The notes under the pieces: model-generated
What the model was told of the DNA's origin: nothing
Seen by the model: only the letters and a program-made list of their open reading frames with translations
Database searches by the model: none
Made by a program: the position numbers and the translations under genes
In this document: in pieces, positions 39,250 to 52,125 of the stretch
How the letters are laid out: each line of letters starts with the position of its first letter
Position numbering within the stretch: position 1 is the first letter of the stretch
NCBI RefSeq assembly: GCF_036321535.1
Contig: NC_087437.1
Coordinates: 103,294,001 to 103,358,000 of the forward strand
Length of the DNA stretch: 64,000 nucleotides
Source: Camelus dromedarius
Taxonomy: Eukaryota
Direction: 5' to 3'

Positions 39250-40768
39250 TTTGATCATTAAAAACAAAACAGAGTCCAACTTTATTTCATCCAGAAAACA
39301 TACTAAGCAACAACAAAAGGCAGAAATTACAAGAGCACAACTTAATAGTTTGACGACATATAAATGTAAAACCTCTGTTTAATGAAATATACTATAAGAA
39401 GTGGTAAACAGGAAGCAGCAAATTCCTGAAAATAATTGCAACGTACATGAGAAGAGTTAACAATCAAAACATTTAAAGATCTCTTGTAAATCAATCAATA
39501 AAAGACAATTTTCTAGTGGAAAAACTGAGTTATAGTTAGACCTGATGATACACAAAAGGAAAACTCATTATGATTAGCACATCCAAATTTTCTAATTCGT
39601 GACCCAGGAACTGCAAATATAATAGCAATGACATAAAACAATAAAACAAAGTCTCATATGTTTAGAAATTAGTCCCTTGAACTAGTAGTTGAAATTCAAA
39701 CTGATATAAACTCTCTAATGGACGGTTAGCTGAAAAATGTTTACATTCTTTTGAACCAGCATGTTGGGAAGGTATTAGAAAGCCTTGCCTACTAGTATAG
39801 TAATCACAATGTTTTATACAATGACAAAAATCAGAAGGCAGTTAATGTCCAGAATAAGGTGATTGATTAAGTCATCAATTGGGTATAATACTAATAAGCC
39901 ATTAAAATAGCATTACAGATGTAGTGGACATCTGTTGTAGCTGCTGGAACCATATCAATTTGACCATTTTCTCTCGGTAGCCATGCTAATTGGACTCTGT
40001 GAACTACCACCCCCTTCACCAGCACACACTTAACGAGCAGGGTCCTGAGGCGAAGTGTCAAGGCACCCTGTACCTCTGGATCTTCAGTGGTGTAACATGG
40101 ACATTTTAAAATCAGAGCCGATGAAGCCCAATAGGGGCACTTAAAATTGCCTGTCCCTTGGTTTCTGTTAGGTCTCTGTCCTTGGACTTCATCCAGTTTC
40201 TGTTCTAAGTAGGATATGTTTCTTTAGTTTCTCTGTAAATTCTATAAGCCAGTCTGTATACTTAAGACTGTTTGTTTGCTTAATGTACTCTCCTTTGGTT
40301 TCTGTTGCTTGCCACCAAAGAACTTGATATAATTTATATATATTATATATGTATATTTACCGTGGGAAAATGGTCACCAAATACTGGTGATTATGAAAAG
40401 AAACCTCAACATAACATACTCAGTATTATGTGATTGCAGTTTTTAATTTTTTCTTTTCAGTGTGTTTGTTCTCCAAATAAATAAGCATACTTTTATTAAT
40501 ACTAACTAATAAAATATAATACAAATAATTGCAACATATACTTATGTTTATCTTGAAATATAATAAATATTGGACATCAAATGTCTAATAATTGCATTTG
40601 AATCTACAATGATCTCAGTACAAATTTCAACTAAATGCCTTATAAGTATACAAAAGATGTTCAATCTCATTTATAAATAGAGAACTACAAAATAAAATAG
40701 TGAGACATCTATTATACACAATAGATTGACAAAATAATAGAATTTGAAAACTACAGTTGGTGAAGGTG
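39250..40768 (+). mobile_element. Ancient L1ME-like ORF2/3' fragments, interrupted by an LTR
   Basis: Degraded L1 ORF2 C-terminal phrases (catataaatgtaaaacctctg; aaagatctcttgtaaatcaat; aaaagatgttcaatctcattta...agaactacaaaataaaatagtgagacatc). Confidence 0.6.
39920..40331 (+). mobile_element. Old ERVL-type LTR (LTR16/LTR33-like)
   Basis: Starts tgtagtggacatctgttg and ends ggtttctgttgcttgccaccaaagaacttgatata. Confidence 0.6.
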
Positions 40769-40769
40769 T

Positions 40770-41254
40770 ATTATTTCACAGTTTCCGTGTGTTCATAGTC
40801 CAGGCGTGACTTAGTCCTCTGCTCAGGTTCCATCTCACGATCTAAGTGTCAAAAAGGCTAAATTGGCTTTATGGAGTAGGAATCCTCTTCCAAGCTTGTG
40901 TAATTATTGGTACAATTCATCTCCTTGCTATGTGCAAGTAAAGTCCTGTTTCTCTTGCTCACTGTCAGTTAGGAGCTGCTCTTGGCACCCAGAGACCACC
41001 CATGGTTTCCTGTCATGTTGTCCTCTCTCAGGTCCTCTCACAGACCTCATACACTGTGACAGTTTACTTCTTCAAGACTAGCAGACGCTGGCTCTACTCT
41101 GTTAACAAGGGGTCTTATATAACATAGCACAGTCATAGGAGGGATTATCTGCACATTTTTACCATATTCTATCTGCAGGATCAAGTCAGAGGCTCCAGCA
41201 CACTCAAGGTGAGGGGATTTTTCAAGGGCGTAACACATAGGGATGTCTGCTGCA
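40770..41254 (-). mobile_element. ERVL-MaLR LTR (MLT1E/F-like)
   Basis: atttcacagtttccgtg...gtcctctgctcagg...tcttccaagct...ttaccatattctat...ctccagcacactcaaggtgaggggatt. Confidence 0.75.
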
Positions 41255-43244
41255 ATGAGTTACTCTGTAATTCCTTGTTTCAAAATCTCACAAACCCTGC
41301 TTTTAAAAGAACCAAATTGGTGGATAGGGTTAACAAAGTCCAATTTATTCATATTCTATTCAGTCTTGCAATTTGACCAAGCTGATCACAGTGAACAAAT
41401 CAAATATTTTCAGGTCATTTGAAAATGTCATTGTGAAACCAGGCATGGGAAATCTGACTTAGGGACTCCAACTTAATATGAAATACTAAATTTGGAGATT
41501 GGTCAAAAGTGTGAACCATCATGAACAAATGATATTCGTTTTACATGATCCTTCCTAAGGTGGAAAAAAAAAAAAACTCTTGAATTGTTCAGAAAGTACT
41601 TAGTTAAGTGTGTAATAAAAAATGTCCTTCAAAAAAAAAAAAAAGGACAAAATTTGAGGTATTTTTGGAAGTAGTTTTAAAAAAGACAAGATTTAATCAA
41701 TCTAAATTGAGGCTAGAGGGAGATTTTGGTAAAAATAATACAGGATATTCATAGCCATTTCTATATTTATATTTCCCTGAGCTAAAAATCAATTTAGCCA
41801 AAATGATCATTTATTTATACATGATGAAGGATATGGCATAAAGACAAAAATATAATTCCTAACCTCATGTTTCACTTTTTAAAAAGAGTAAGCATAAAAT
41901 ATACAAATAGAACCTAAATTTGAAAAAGCTACTCTTTAATAAGAAGTATAACAATTCTTGATGCATATATTCTGCCTTAAGGACTTTTGCGTAAAATACT
42001 ATTAACTAGCTGAGAACTTGATAAAGCAAGGATAGGTTAAGATATACTCAAAGAAAAATGAAGCATTGATGCATTAAATTTGAATTCCTCTAATCAAAGT
42101 TTTGTTTGGTGGCTTTAGCAAAAACAACTTGACTTTCTAACACTTTCTTAATTATTATCATTTTTAAATGGGAAAAATCTCAACAATACATTCTTATAGA
42201 ACTTATGTTTTATATTTATTTTATTTAAATTATTTAGCTCAAAGTCATCAATTTAACATATTATTTCAATTTGCATTTTTTCCTTGGATTTAATTTTAAT
42301 ATATAAACATATAAGCTTTTTTTTCCCAATATATTTGTGATTTTCCTGCTAGGGACACAGTTAGCAATATCAAGTACTTTTGCATTATAATCTGTGTTCA
42401 TGTTTGTGTGTATTTTTTCTCCTGATGCATCTGCAGTAAATTCTTTGCCTCTTTGAAAATTTTAATAGAAAATGTGAAGAATGATATTTTTGAGGGGAGC
42501 ACATGATATGCATAGCTGGAAATAGTTGCTTTTATGATATGTTGTTCTATAAAAATGATTTTTGAAGACAAATGAGTACAAATGAATACCTACTCATATT
42601 TAAGATAAACTAAGTGTTCAGTCACCAAAAACTGAAAAAGGTGGATACATTCACATTATACTGTACAAATACCCATGTACTAAGACTGAATGTTGATTTT
42701 TTTTTTCAGATCCTCTAAGAACAGTTCACAAACATATGAATGGAGATTCAAGGCAATATGAAGTGATATTGCTTCTTAGCTTAACTGAGATGCTATATGT
42801 GGAAATGCCCAGCATAGTATGCTTACAATGTAGTAACAGTTCCAATTCCTAATGGCTGATCAAAAGCATGCAAGTGACAATACTGAACTTTCTTCAAGGA
42901 CACAAAGTGTATTTGGTGAAAGATATATTAGGCTCCAGGCACCCACATGAAAATGCTTAAGGAAACAGAAATTCAACATTCAAATGACCCTTTTCCATCA
43001 AGGCAGTGTGATAATTGTTTGAATGGTTTTGAAAGTAACAATTTTCACAGTAATTTGCAAGATTTAAAAGTTAGGCTTCCAAAATTCTCTCGTATACATT
43101 CTATATGGCTTCAGCTTCACGTAGGAAGATATTTGAGTTGACCAAATGTCTCTGTCCAACACTAAGGGCTTTCCTAGGACAAGGAATTTAGAGTGTCCAA
43201 ACCAGCAAAATCCACAGCCAAGGCAGGACCAGCTGGTCACCCTA

Positions 43245-44097
43245 GCCATGGTTCTCACTTTTTAGGCAAACTAACCAGGGATTTTTGCAAAAAAAGAAGC
43301 ACATGCCCAAGCTTCTACCAGCAGATTCCATTTGAACTGATCTGGAGTTGGACTCAGATATTGCTTTATTTGTTTCTGTATTACTTTTCTATTGCTGTCA
43401 TAACAGATGGCCACAAACTTAGTGGTTTAAAACAATGCAGATCTATTATCTCAGGGTTCTGTCCATCAGAAGTATGGGTACAGTGGGACTTGGCTGGTCC
43501 CTCTAGTTAGAGCTCACGGGGCCAAAATCAAGGTGTCAGCAGGTATGTGTTCATATGTGGAGGCTTTGGGGACAGATTCCTTGCTCATTCAGATTGTGGC
43601 AGAATTCAGTTCCTTGCAGATGTTTGAAGGAGGTCCTTGTGTCCTTGCAGGCTATAAAGTTTGGACTGTTCCCATATCCTAGAGTCCACCCATATCCCTG
43701 GTTTGTGACCCATTTACTCCATTGTCAAAGCTGTTATCTCTGGATTGAATCCTTCTTGTACTCAGATCTCTCTGACTTGCCCTCAGCTTCATCTCTCCTG
43801 CCTCTGCCTCCACATCCATCTGATTTTTCTCCTCCCTCTTCTAACCAGAAGGCCCATGTGACTACATTGGACCCATTTGGATAATCCAAGGCCATTTTCT
43901 TATTTTAAGGTGAGCTAAGTAGTAACCTTACCTTCACCTGTTAACCTCCTTTTACAGTATTTCCTGGATTAGTATCTGATTGAATAACCAAGGGACTGGA
44001 ATTTTGGGGGATATTGTTAAAATTCTGCCTGCCTACTGCATTTTGTTTAAGATTCTCTGAGTAATTCTAATGTGCAGTCAGAGCTGAAAAACATTTG
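43245..44097. mobile_element. MER5A-like hAT MITE split by an MLT1 LTR
   Basis: Left half catggttctca...catgcccaagc...cagattccatttgaactgatctggagttggactcag; right half ttaagattctctgagtaattctaatgtgcagtcagagctgaaaaac. Confidence 0.7.
43377..44040 (-). mobile_element. ERVL-MaLR solo LTR (MLT1E-like), full length
   Basis: tgtattacttttctattgctgtcataacagatggccacaaacttagtggtttaaaacaa...ggcagaattcagttccttgcag...aaattctgcctgcctactgca, with TG..CA ends. Confidence 0.85.
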
Positions 44098-44214
44098 TAG
44101 AAATGCACCCCTTATATCCTCCTACCTGATCCCAAGCACTTTCCTCCCTCTGGGAGGAAATACAACTCGATCAGGGACTTCTGGTTTCCACTCTGACACA
44201 GGAAGAGCTTAGGA

Positions 44215-44348
44215 GTGGTCTGCATTCCTATTGCTGCAGCACCAAGTTTCCACAAATGCAGTGGCTTACAACAGCACAAATGTATTATCTTACATTTCTG
44301 GAGGTCAGAAGTCCAAACTCTGTCTCACTGAGCTAAAGGCAAGGTGCA
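44215..44348 (-). mobile_element. MLT1 (C/D-like) LTR terminal fragment
   Basis: cctattgctgcagcaccaagtttccacaaatgcagtggcttacaacagcacaaatgtattatcttacatttctggaggtcagaagtcc. Confidence 0.8.
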
Positions 44349-45327
44349 TGACATACCTATATGGTCCAGAAATTTTTATCCAGGAAAATAAGCAATAAAC
44401 AATTTTACTTTTATTCAGGAAGTTCTTACAAGCTATTTTTTTCCCCAAGCAGTTAGCTCTGTTGGGCTGGTAAGTCTTCCATCAGACTGTAGATTGTTAA
44501 CCTGGACAAACATCTTGCTTATTAAACAAGATTTTACCCATCAAGACCCTCAGCTCACTGTGTCCATTAGTCCTAAATTATTATGTCACAGTCTTTGCCC
44601 AAACCCAGTTTTCCCTCTTTGAAAGATGTGAAATAACCTGCTTATCTCAGACCCCAAAATCCTGAGTAGCCTTCTCTGAGACACTGCAAAGACCCTGTTA
44701 AGACTCTCTTGTTGTAGTAGGGCCAGTAAACTTCTCTTTGCTTGATTAAAAGATTATTCTCTTGGTCTTTTGATGGTATTGTTACCCCAAAAGGAAAAGA
44801 CCCCAGTTCTTGACATACCTGAAAGATAAGATTACAGACAGGAGATGGAGAGTGTTGTATAACGTGAAACATTTTAAAGAATGTATTTAGGAAAAGTACA
44901 CCTCCAAGAATCGGAGGTGGGCTGATCCAAGGGGGAAAAGCAGTGGTCTCTGTCTGCCCTTTCTCTTATACCCTTGCTTAGACTGGTCTTTGAGTGATGG
45001 CTCTTGTACCTGGAGTGCTTAGTCGTGTTTGGCCCCTTTGCACATGTGTTTACCCATAGTGTACACAGGAAAACTCTGGGATGGGGGCAGCAAACCCCAA
45101 TGTTAATTATATTACAATGAGCACTGGGTCGTGTCCGGTTAAGTCCTTCTTGCTACTGAGCAGTTTTTGCTGTCGGGTTCTAACCAGTTTTTTGCTGGCA
45201 CTCATTTAGAAGAAGTAAAGTCCCTTTATGCTGGAGGTGGACATAATGCCATCTCCAGACAACCCTCGCTCTCCTCCACCTATCTGCCCGGTGCCCCGAC
45301 TTATATAACTACCGAACAGTATCAGCA
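44349..45327 (+). mobile_element. Older ERV1 LTR (MER90/MER110-like), 3' tip interrupted by a younger LTR
   Basis: 3' signature agtaaacttctctttgcttgattaaaagattattctcttggtctttt, related to the LTR end at 58610-58665. The last bases (cagca) resume after the inserted LTR. Confidence 0.6.
44780..45318 (-). mobile_element. Younger ERV1-class solo LTR with perfect TSD
   Basis: TGTTACCCC...ACCGAACA flanked by GTAT at 44776-44779 and 45319-45322. It retains several CpGs. The orientation is inferred from a TATA-like tataag on the minus strand. Confidence 0.82.
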
Positions 45328-45384
45328 GTTAAGACTTGTTTTATAGCTTGACAACTTTCATCTATTTTATGCACTGCACATGTT

Positions 45385-45510
45385 TATGTATCATTTTACC
45401 ACTTAAGGATGAAATGGGTCTCAGAGAAGACAAGTGGTTTGTCCCATAGTCCACGGTGAAAGATACACAACCAGGCTCTAACCCATAGCTTTAGTCAAAG
45501 CTTTCAAATA
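45385..45510 (-). mobile_element. MIR fragment
   Basis: ggatgaaatgggtctcagagaagacaagtggtttgtcccatagtccac. Confidence 0.6.
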
Positions 45511-45619
45511 TGTTCAGTCATCCCAATCCTCTACTGTTTTTTTTTCCTTTCTGTATTTAGATGGACTTTAAAAAAATCCACCCACTTCTATGAAATAGAA
45601 TAATTCATCTTTATCTTTC

Positions 45620-45935
45620 ATTTTCACCACTCTCTAAACATCAGCCCAGCATTTTCAACTGCCTGCGGGACTTTTCCATGTGAATGCATTTCCATCATCT
45701 GACATCATTTAACTGACAGTATTTAAACTAAAACTCATCTACAGCAAAAATGTAATTCTCTGGACTTTACTATGATACAGAAATTTGACAGTGATTTAAA
45801 AAAAAATCTTAAGCATACATTTCTTGTCTCCCTATTAACATTGTAAATGTCCCAAGGAAAGAATCTCATATGATACTTCTCAATGTTGTCCTCCTCACTG
45901 CTAAGCACAGTGCAGTGTGCGAGGCATTCAGGAAA
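45620..45935 (+). mobile_element. LINE-2 fragments
   Basis: cagcattttcaactgcctgcgggacttttccatgtgaatg and ttgtctccctattaacattgtaaatgtcccaaggaaag...ctaagcacagtgc. Confidence 0.55.
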
Positions 45936-46914
45936 AGCAAGAACGAGGGAGGGTATCTAAATTGAACAGTGAAAAATGATTGAGCTATAAGTCATTTTAA
46001 TTACTACATTAAATTAGGTTCAGGGTGACATTTAAAATTACAATTCAATTTGATTCAATTGTCATGAGCTAGCCATCACCAGGGGTGCTCCAAAAAAAAA
46101 AAAAAAAAAAAAAAGCCCGGGGGTACAAATGAAGGATAATTATTATACCCTGACCCCTACGTAAGCTGCTGTTAGGTTTCTGGTTCCATAAAATGAGTGC
46201 TCCAGGTGAAATGAGGGAGGAGCAAGAAAAATGGAGACAGAAAGACAGCAGCCTTTCTTGATTCTTTTTGCTGTCTCTCAACTGAAATAGTCTACAGAAG
46301 AGGGGCATTTCAATGTTCAAGGAGGTTTGGAAAGGAGAATATTTTAAAGAAGGAAGAGAAAGAAGACTGATGGAAAGGGCTGGAGGTTTTGAGACCCCCC
46401 CCTCCCCCGGTGCAAACACAAGAAGAAGCCTCTGGAAGGAAACGCTTGACAAATTGCTGAGCTGTGTTTCCTAGAATCACCTCGGTTGACTTCCATGGAG
46501 ATGATTCAAGCAAAGACATCCTCCATCACTGTAAGTTTGGAGATCCCTCTCTGAGAATGGGCAGCAACACACACAACAAAATAATGTAAAAGGGGGTGAA
46601 ACGTTGTCAAACACCAGGGCTCTTAATCTAAGCCCCCGACATTAGTTGAAGAGGAAACAAGGAATCTAATGTCAAGTTCTTCTCCCTGTGATAGATTCAT
46701 AGACAAGATTGAGACGTATACTAGGTCAGGGATATGTTCATAATGATACAGAATTTATTTTCATTCAATTTTTATTAAAAAATCTTGGTAAATATTACGT
46801 GCTAGATAACCTACCAATATTGTGGGTACATAAGAGAGCCTCTGTCCTTAGAGAGATGCATTCATTTGTAGATATCAGCCCCTAATGCTGTGTGGGAATT
46901 CTACATTTCCCTAC

Positions 46915-48193
46915 TCCATTCTCTGTTCCATGCTTTTGGATGATTTTCATAGTTTGCCCCCTCTTCGTAAACTTCCCAAAGTGTCCCCATCATTCTTACT
47001 CACAGAAAATGATCTTGCTTCCTATTTCGCTGAGAGAATTGATGATCTGAAGAGAACGTCTATACACCCTGACTACGAAGGTCACCCACCTGCTCACAGG
47101 GTGAGGACTCCAGATTTAAATACCACCTGTTTACTGAGCACTCCCAAATGCTTAACTCTAACCCTGAACTTTCCCTTGAACTCCCAACTAATATATCTGG
47201 AAGCCTATTTGTAATATCCACTTGGATGTCTAAGAGGCATCTAAAAATTAGTGTGTCCAGACCCCTTCTAATCTCCATGCTATAAAAAGGGAGGGGGGCA
47301 GTGTGGCAATTTTATTTTCCCAATTCCTTATGTTAAACATGTTGCATCCATCCAAGGCCTTTCTTTTCATCTCAGGTCACATATCTTGTCCATCAGCAAA
47401 TCCTATCTAATCTACCTTTAAGGCACATCCAGAATCTTATGTCTTACTGCCCATTAGTATCATCGAGGCCTACAACACCATTATCTCAAATGGATTATTG
47501 CAGTAGATCCTAACTGGTCTCCTAGCAGGCTCCCTCTGTGTCACTGGATTTCTGTGATAACACTAAGGACCCCAAGAATTCTAAATTCAGGTAGCCTTCT
47601 CAGTTGCTGAGAAAGTAAATTCGTCAATACAGGAAGTTAGAATGTATTTTATATAGGAGTTGGCTAGACTGATGTATACATCTACATATTTAGACATGGA
47701 ATCCTGAGCCTCCTTTGTATTCTAGGTCCCATGAGAGCAGATGCAAGCCGGCCCCCTCTTTTCGCTTCCCCGTACCCACAATGGCTGGCCTCTGCTTTTC
47801 TGCAAACACGCCAAACTTGTTCCTGCCACAGGATCTTTGCACGTGCTTTGCTCAGCCTTAATGAACTTGCACACACACTACATTGACACCTCTTCCATGC
47901 TCAATTTTTACCTTATTAGAAAAGCTTTCTCTCACTACCCCTATCAAACAGTTAGTGCACTTTTCCTCTCCATTCTCACATTCCCTTTCTTTCTGTGCTA
48001 TTTTATTTTTGTTCTCTACTAAACTATCATCAGCCAATGTTCTATTGTCTTATCTTCTGTTCATTGCCTGCCTCAGACCACTTGAATGTGAGTTCTACCA
48101 GAGCAGGGACTTGACCTAACTAATAATATTCAGCTCCTGGAATTAGTGCTGGCCTTGGAGCAGAACCTCGAGAGATAAATGCTGAACCAATGA
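46915..48193 (+). mobile_element. LINE-2 (L2a-like) ORF2 fragments through the 3' end
   Basis: Frame 46885-47214 contains DLASYFAERID (L2 ORF2). Also atatccacttggatgtctaagaggcatctaaaa, and the 3' end gaatgtgagttctaccagagcagggact...ataaatgctgaaccaatgaa. Confidence 0.8.
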
Positions 48194-49456
48194 AGATGCT
48201 TTCTAAGTTGGGTATTTCATCTCTCTCTTCGTCTGGAATTTCTATTTTCTCCTTAATACAAATCTGCCCTGCCTCTCAACAGACCACTAAACACAGCTAA
48301 TTCTTCTTGAGTTAAAAATTTGACTAGCAAGGGTTAAAAGTAGTAAAATTAGTGAAAGTTTAAATTCCATCCTGGGTAATAGTCGCAGAACCACGTTCTA
48401 ATACACAAACACACACATACAGAAAAATAAAAGATCATCTTAGTCTCATGAATCTCAAGTTTGTTTGTCCAGCTTTGAAGTATGACTGACCTGTTTTTTG
48501 CCACATCACATGATTCATTTAAATAGTTCCCCATTCTTTTTTATCTTAAGCATGAGAATGTGAGCCCATGGTAAAGGCCCTAAATCGCACTCCTACAGGT
48601 GCCCATGCTAATGTGACACTCATTTGCTCCCCTTCTCTTCTCCCTTGTACAGAAGCATGTGACTTTAAAAATTTTACATTTATATTTAATGCATACTTTT
48701 GGTATTCTTTTTCAGCTATTTTAAATGACATATTATCTTTTGGTTTATATCTCTAGTGGAATGAGTTAATCTACTTTAAAATATGATTCATGGTATAAAT
48801 CACTTCTCAAAAGACACCATGTGTTATGGGATAGTGTTTTGAGGTATTAACCAGTATTGTGTTTCACACATTTACTCTTCCCTTCTACCCAATCCTTGTT
48901 CATCAACAGCATTGTTAGTTTCCTTGCAAATCTACTCTGGAGGACTTAACACTCATACATGCCACACCTGTGTGAAAGTTAAGCTTCTGCTGTATAATGT
49001 GGAACAAATGTCTCTATAATATTATACAATGTTGCCATTTTCAGCTTTGCAAATTTGATTAACTTTTGGCATTTCTCTAGTTAGAGAAAACTACTTTATT
49101 CTTAGAAATGTAGCAGAGTAAGATTCATTTTAATTTTCCCAATGAACGCCTGATGTTCATTTCTCAGTGATGTGAATAGTGAACATATTTTCCAAGGTGC
49201 AGTGAGGTTGTAATGTTATTGACATACAGATTTTAATACACTCATCTTGTTTAATTTATGTGGGCAGTTTCTTCAAGTGGTGGGAGATTTAGCTTTCAAG
49301 ATACCTGATTTTCCTTCCTATTCTTATATTAAATAAGGACTAAATCAGGTCATCTCTGTGATTTAATTCCACTGCTAAACTAGAGATCAGTTTTGGCCAT
49401 TTATCCAATCTCACAGAATACTGAATTCTTCTCAGTTAGGTTTAATATAGTCCTCG

Positions 49457-49460
<4 letters not shown>

Positions 49461-49512
<52 letters not shown>
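49461..49512. repeat. Perfect (TG)26 microsatellite
   Basis: Direct count of 52 nt of TG repeats. Confidence 0.97.
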
Positions 49513-49514
<2 letters not shown>

Positions 49515-49720
49515 CATCCAAGCTCAATATAACAATTAATATAAATTTTAGCTTAAAAGAGACATTTTGATAAAATTATTTTGTCATTATCAATGTTTTC
49601 TTGCTCTCAACTTGCATTAATTGGTGGAATGCCAATTAAGCTTCTCTGTAAATGTAGTAACTACAGTATCTATAAGCTAATATTCCTAGCATGAGTGCCC
49701 CATATGAAAATACAGCAGAA

Positions 49721-49968
49721 TACCCTCTGTTAGTAGATCAAAGGCTTTGAACTATTTCCCCCTGCAGGATGCGTGGTTGGTGTGAAATCATTTGTATTAT
49801 CTGGCCCAGCGTCTGAGGAGCTATGAACACGTATTCACAAACTGTCTGGTTGAAGTTAGTGTTGCAGTCAGAGGACAGGATAGAGTGATGCTAATTGACC
49901 CATACGAGAACTGGACCCATGAACTTAGCTGCAGTAGTGCCAAGGTGTCACTTACTTAATTAACCAGC
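49721..49968 (-). mobile_element. MamSINE1-like ancient tRNA-headed SINE
   Basis: The minus strand reads gctggttaattaag...ggcactactgcagctaagttcatgggtccagttctcgtatgggtcaattagcatcactct...gactgcaacactaac...gaaatagttcaaagc, collinear with the MamSINE1 consensus as I recall it. Confidence 0.65.
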
Positions 49969-51779
49969 TATTCTGTCAATGTTATTCAAAACTTGCATGC
50001 ATTTTGTATTTCACATTCAAACACTGTCTCACCCACCTTTGACCTTCAGCAGAAATGTGTCTTTAAAAGGTCTTTCGGGTTGTTTTTATGTGCACTGTAT
50101 AAATAAATGCAAATTAAATATCTCCTTAAATAAAATACTTGAAGTACTTAGCCCAAAGTATATTTTCTGTGGATAACTCATGGTAAGAACTCCAGAAGAA
50201 GCTCAGTTTACAGGATTTCTGTGATTTCAGGCATTTCTACATAGGTCTTCGTCAACTAAAATCATCAGTTTGCTTGAGTGGTTGATGAAACTAGTGGGAA
50301 ACACATGACTACACATGTTGAGACTGACAGTCAGCCTTAAAGCCTGGAATCCCAGGAAGACACAGACGACAAGGACTTTCTCTTAACACCCTGGGCAGCA
50401 TATTGAACTTGGAAGGAATCCCCCCTTCTTCCTCCCAATTCCCAACCCAGAAGATGGCATCAGGGTGAATCAGGGTGGAGGCTGCTCATACAGGCTGATG
50501 GTGCATTTTGAGCGCATCATTGAGGAATATTACTTAAGTGATCTTTCAATCCAGCCTACTGATGTGACTTTAAACAAGTTCATCAGGAGGGAGATATAGG
50601 ACGTAGGCACTGAACATGTAAATGAAACAAAACAATTGCAGTGTTTGTGGGTAGCATAAAAAATGACAAAGGTCTCTGGATTTGACATACTTTTTTTGTA
50701 AGTACCTGCTAACTTCATTGCTAATTCATTTCTACAGAAATATTGCCATGATTCTAGTTACTCTTTCACATTAACCATCCCAGAACACAGGTAAATGAAA
50801 AAGCTTTTCTAATAGTAAGTGTGAATCTGAGGATGTGATGAGTTTTAATGTAACGCTCTTAAACATTTTGATTGTAAGATGGCTTCAGTGTTGATTATGC
50901 AGAATTATATATGTAGTTATGCACATACAAGGGTATTGCATATAACAGAGATTTACTAAACTATAGATGAAAATGCAATTAAAAGCAAATGAGCATTATT
51001 GAAATGCGTTGTTAATAAACCTGATAAAGAATTCCTGGGCCACTAACAGTCTAAGTAAAGCTAATTAAAATCAAAATATTCACAGATGATTTGGCTAGTG
51101 CTGTCATTTGCTTTTGCTTGTTGAAACCCAGATATAGACATTTTAGTCAAAGATACTTTTTGTAAAAGACCATGCAGCATGAAGTTCAATCATGAAGTTC
51201 AATTTATTTATGAATTCATTTACTAGTGATTTGAAAAATTATTGTCTGTCTTAATAACTATCAACAGGTTAGTTTCTCCTGTAAGAGTGTTCTGTAACAC
51301 AAATGCAAGTTACACCGATAGGATCACAGAATATTTTTTAAAATGAAAATTATGATTTGGAGCTTACCAACTAAATCTTGTCAGTTCTCACTGTCTCAGT
51401 TGGTAGTAGCAGTCATTCTTATCTTCTTTCTTTCTTTTTACTTTAATTAACAAGAGATCAGTTCAGGTTTGCATGGCTCCTCTTACTGCAGAGGTATACA
51501 GTCATCCCTACTGAATGCAAGGGTGCAGCTGTCTTGTCCCTAACAAGCTAGCTGATTTAGAAAATGCTCCCTGTGGTCAGCAATGGGGCCACGCTTAGTG
51601 GAATGGCTTAAAAGATCTCTCAGTTTTGTAGGTTTTTTTCTTGATAGGTTACAACTCTGTTTTTGTTTTGTTTTGCTTTACTTTTAAACATCTTTAAAAA
51701 AATTAAATATAGTCATAGGATCAGTTCAGTTTCTTCCAGAGTACTGTATTCGGCACAGAACTGGAAGGAAAATCAATCA

Positions 51780-51965
51780 CTCGTTCCAGTCCCTCACCTG
51801 CTACAAAATTGCCTTGACTTTAAGTAGTTGATTAAAACTCAGTATTTCCTAGATTTTTCTTTTGTTCAATAGGGAAAGTAATTTTCCATTATTCTTACTT
51901 TTCACATGATTGCCATGAGGACTAAATAATATATTTAAATGCCAGTTAAATACTGTGAAACTCAA
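51780..51965 (+). mobile_element. MIR (diverged)
   Basis: gttccagtccc...gactttaagtagttgattaaaactc...cacatgattgccatgaggactaaataa. Confidence 0.5.
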
Positions 51966-52125
51966 ACATATGTCAAATAAGATATTCATGATGTTAAATA
52001 TGTGATTTCTTCTATTTTAAACAAAGAAAATTTGAATCTAAATCTAGGCAGAGCTGAACATTTGGTGATTATCTTCACATTTTTCTGGTTATAAAAGCGG
52101 GCAAAAAATAACTAAATGATTCTTA

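Noticed and set aside
51178..51203. Direct repeat catgaagttcaat x2 as an array
   Set aside because: It is a simple 13-bp tandem duplication with no spacers; no CRISPR-like array is seen anywhere in the window.
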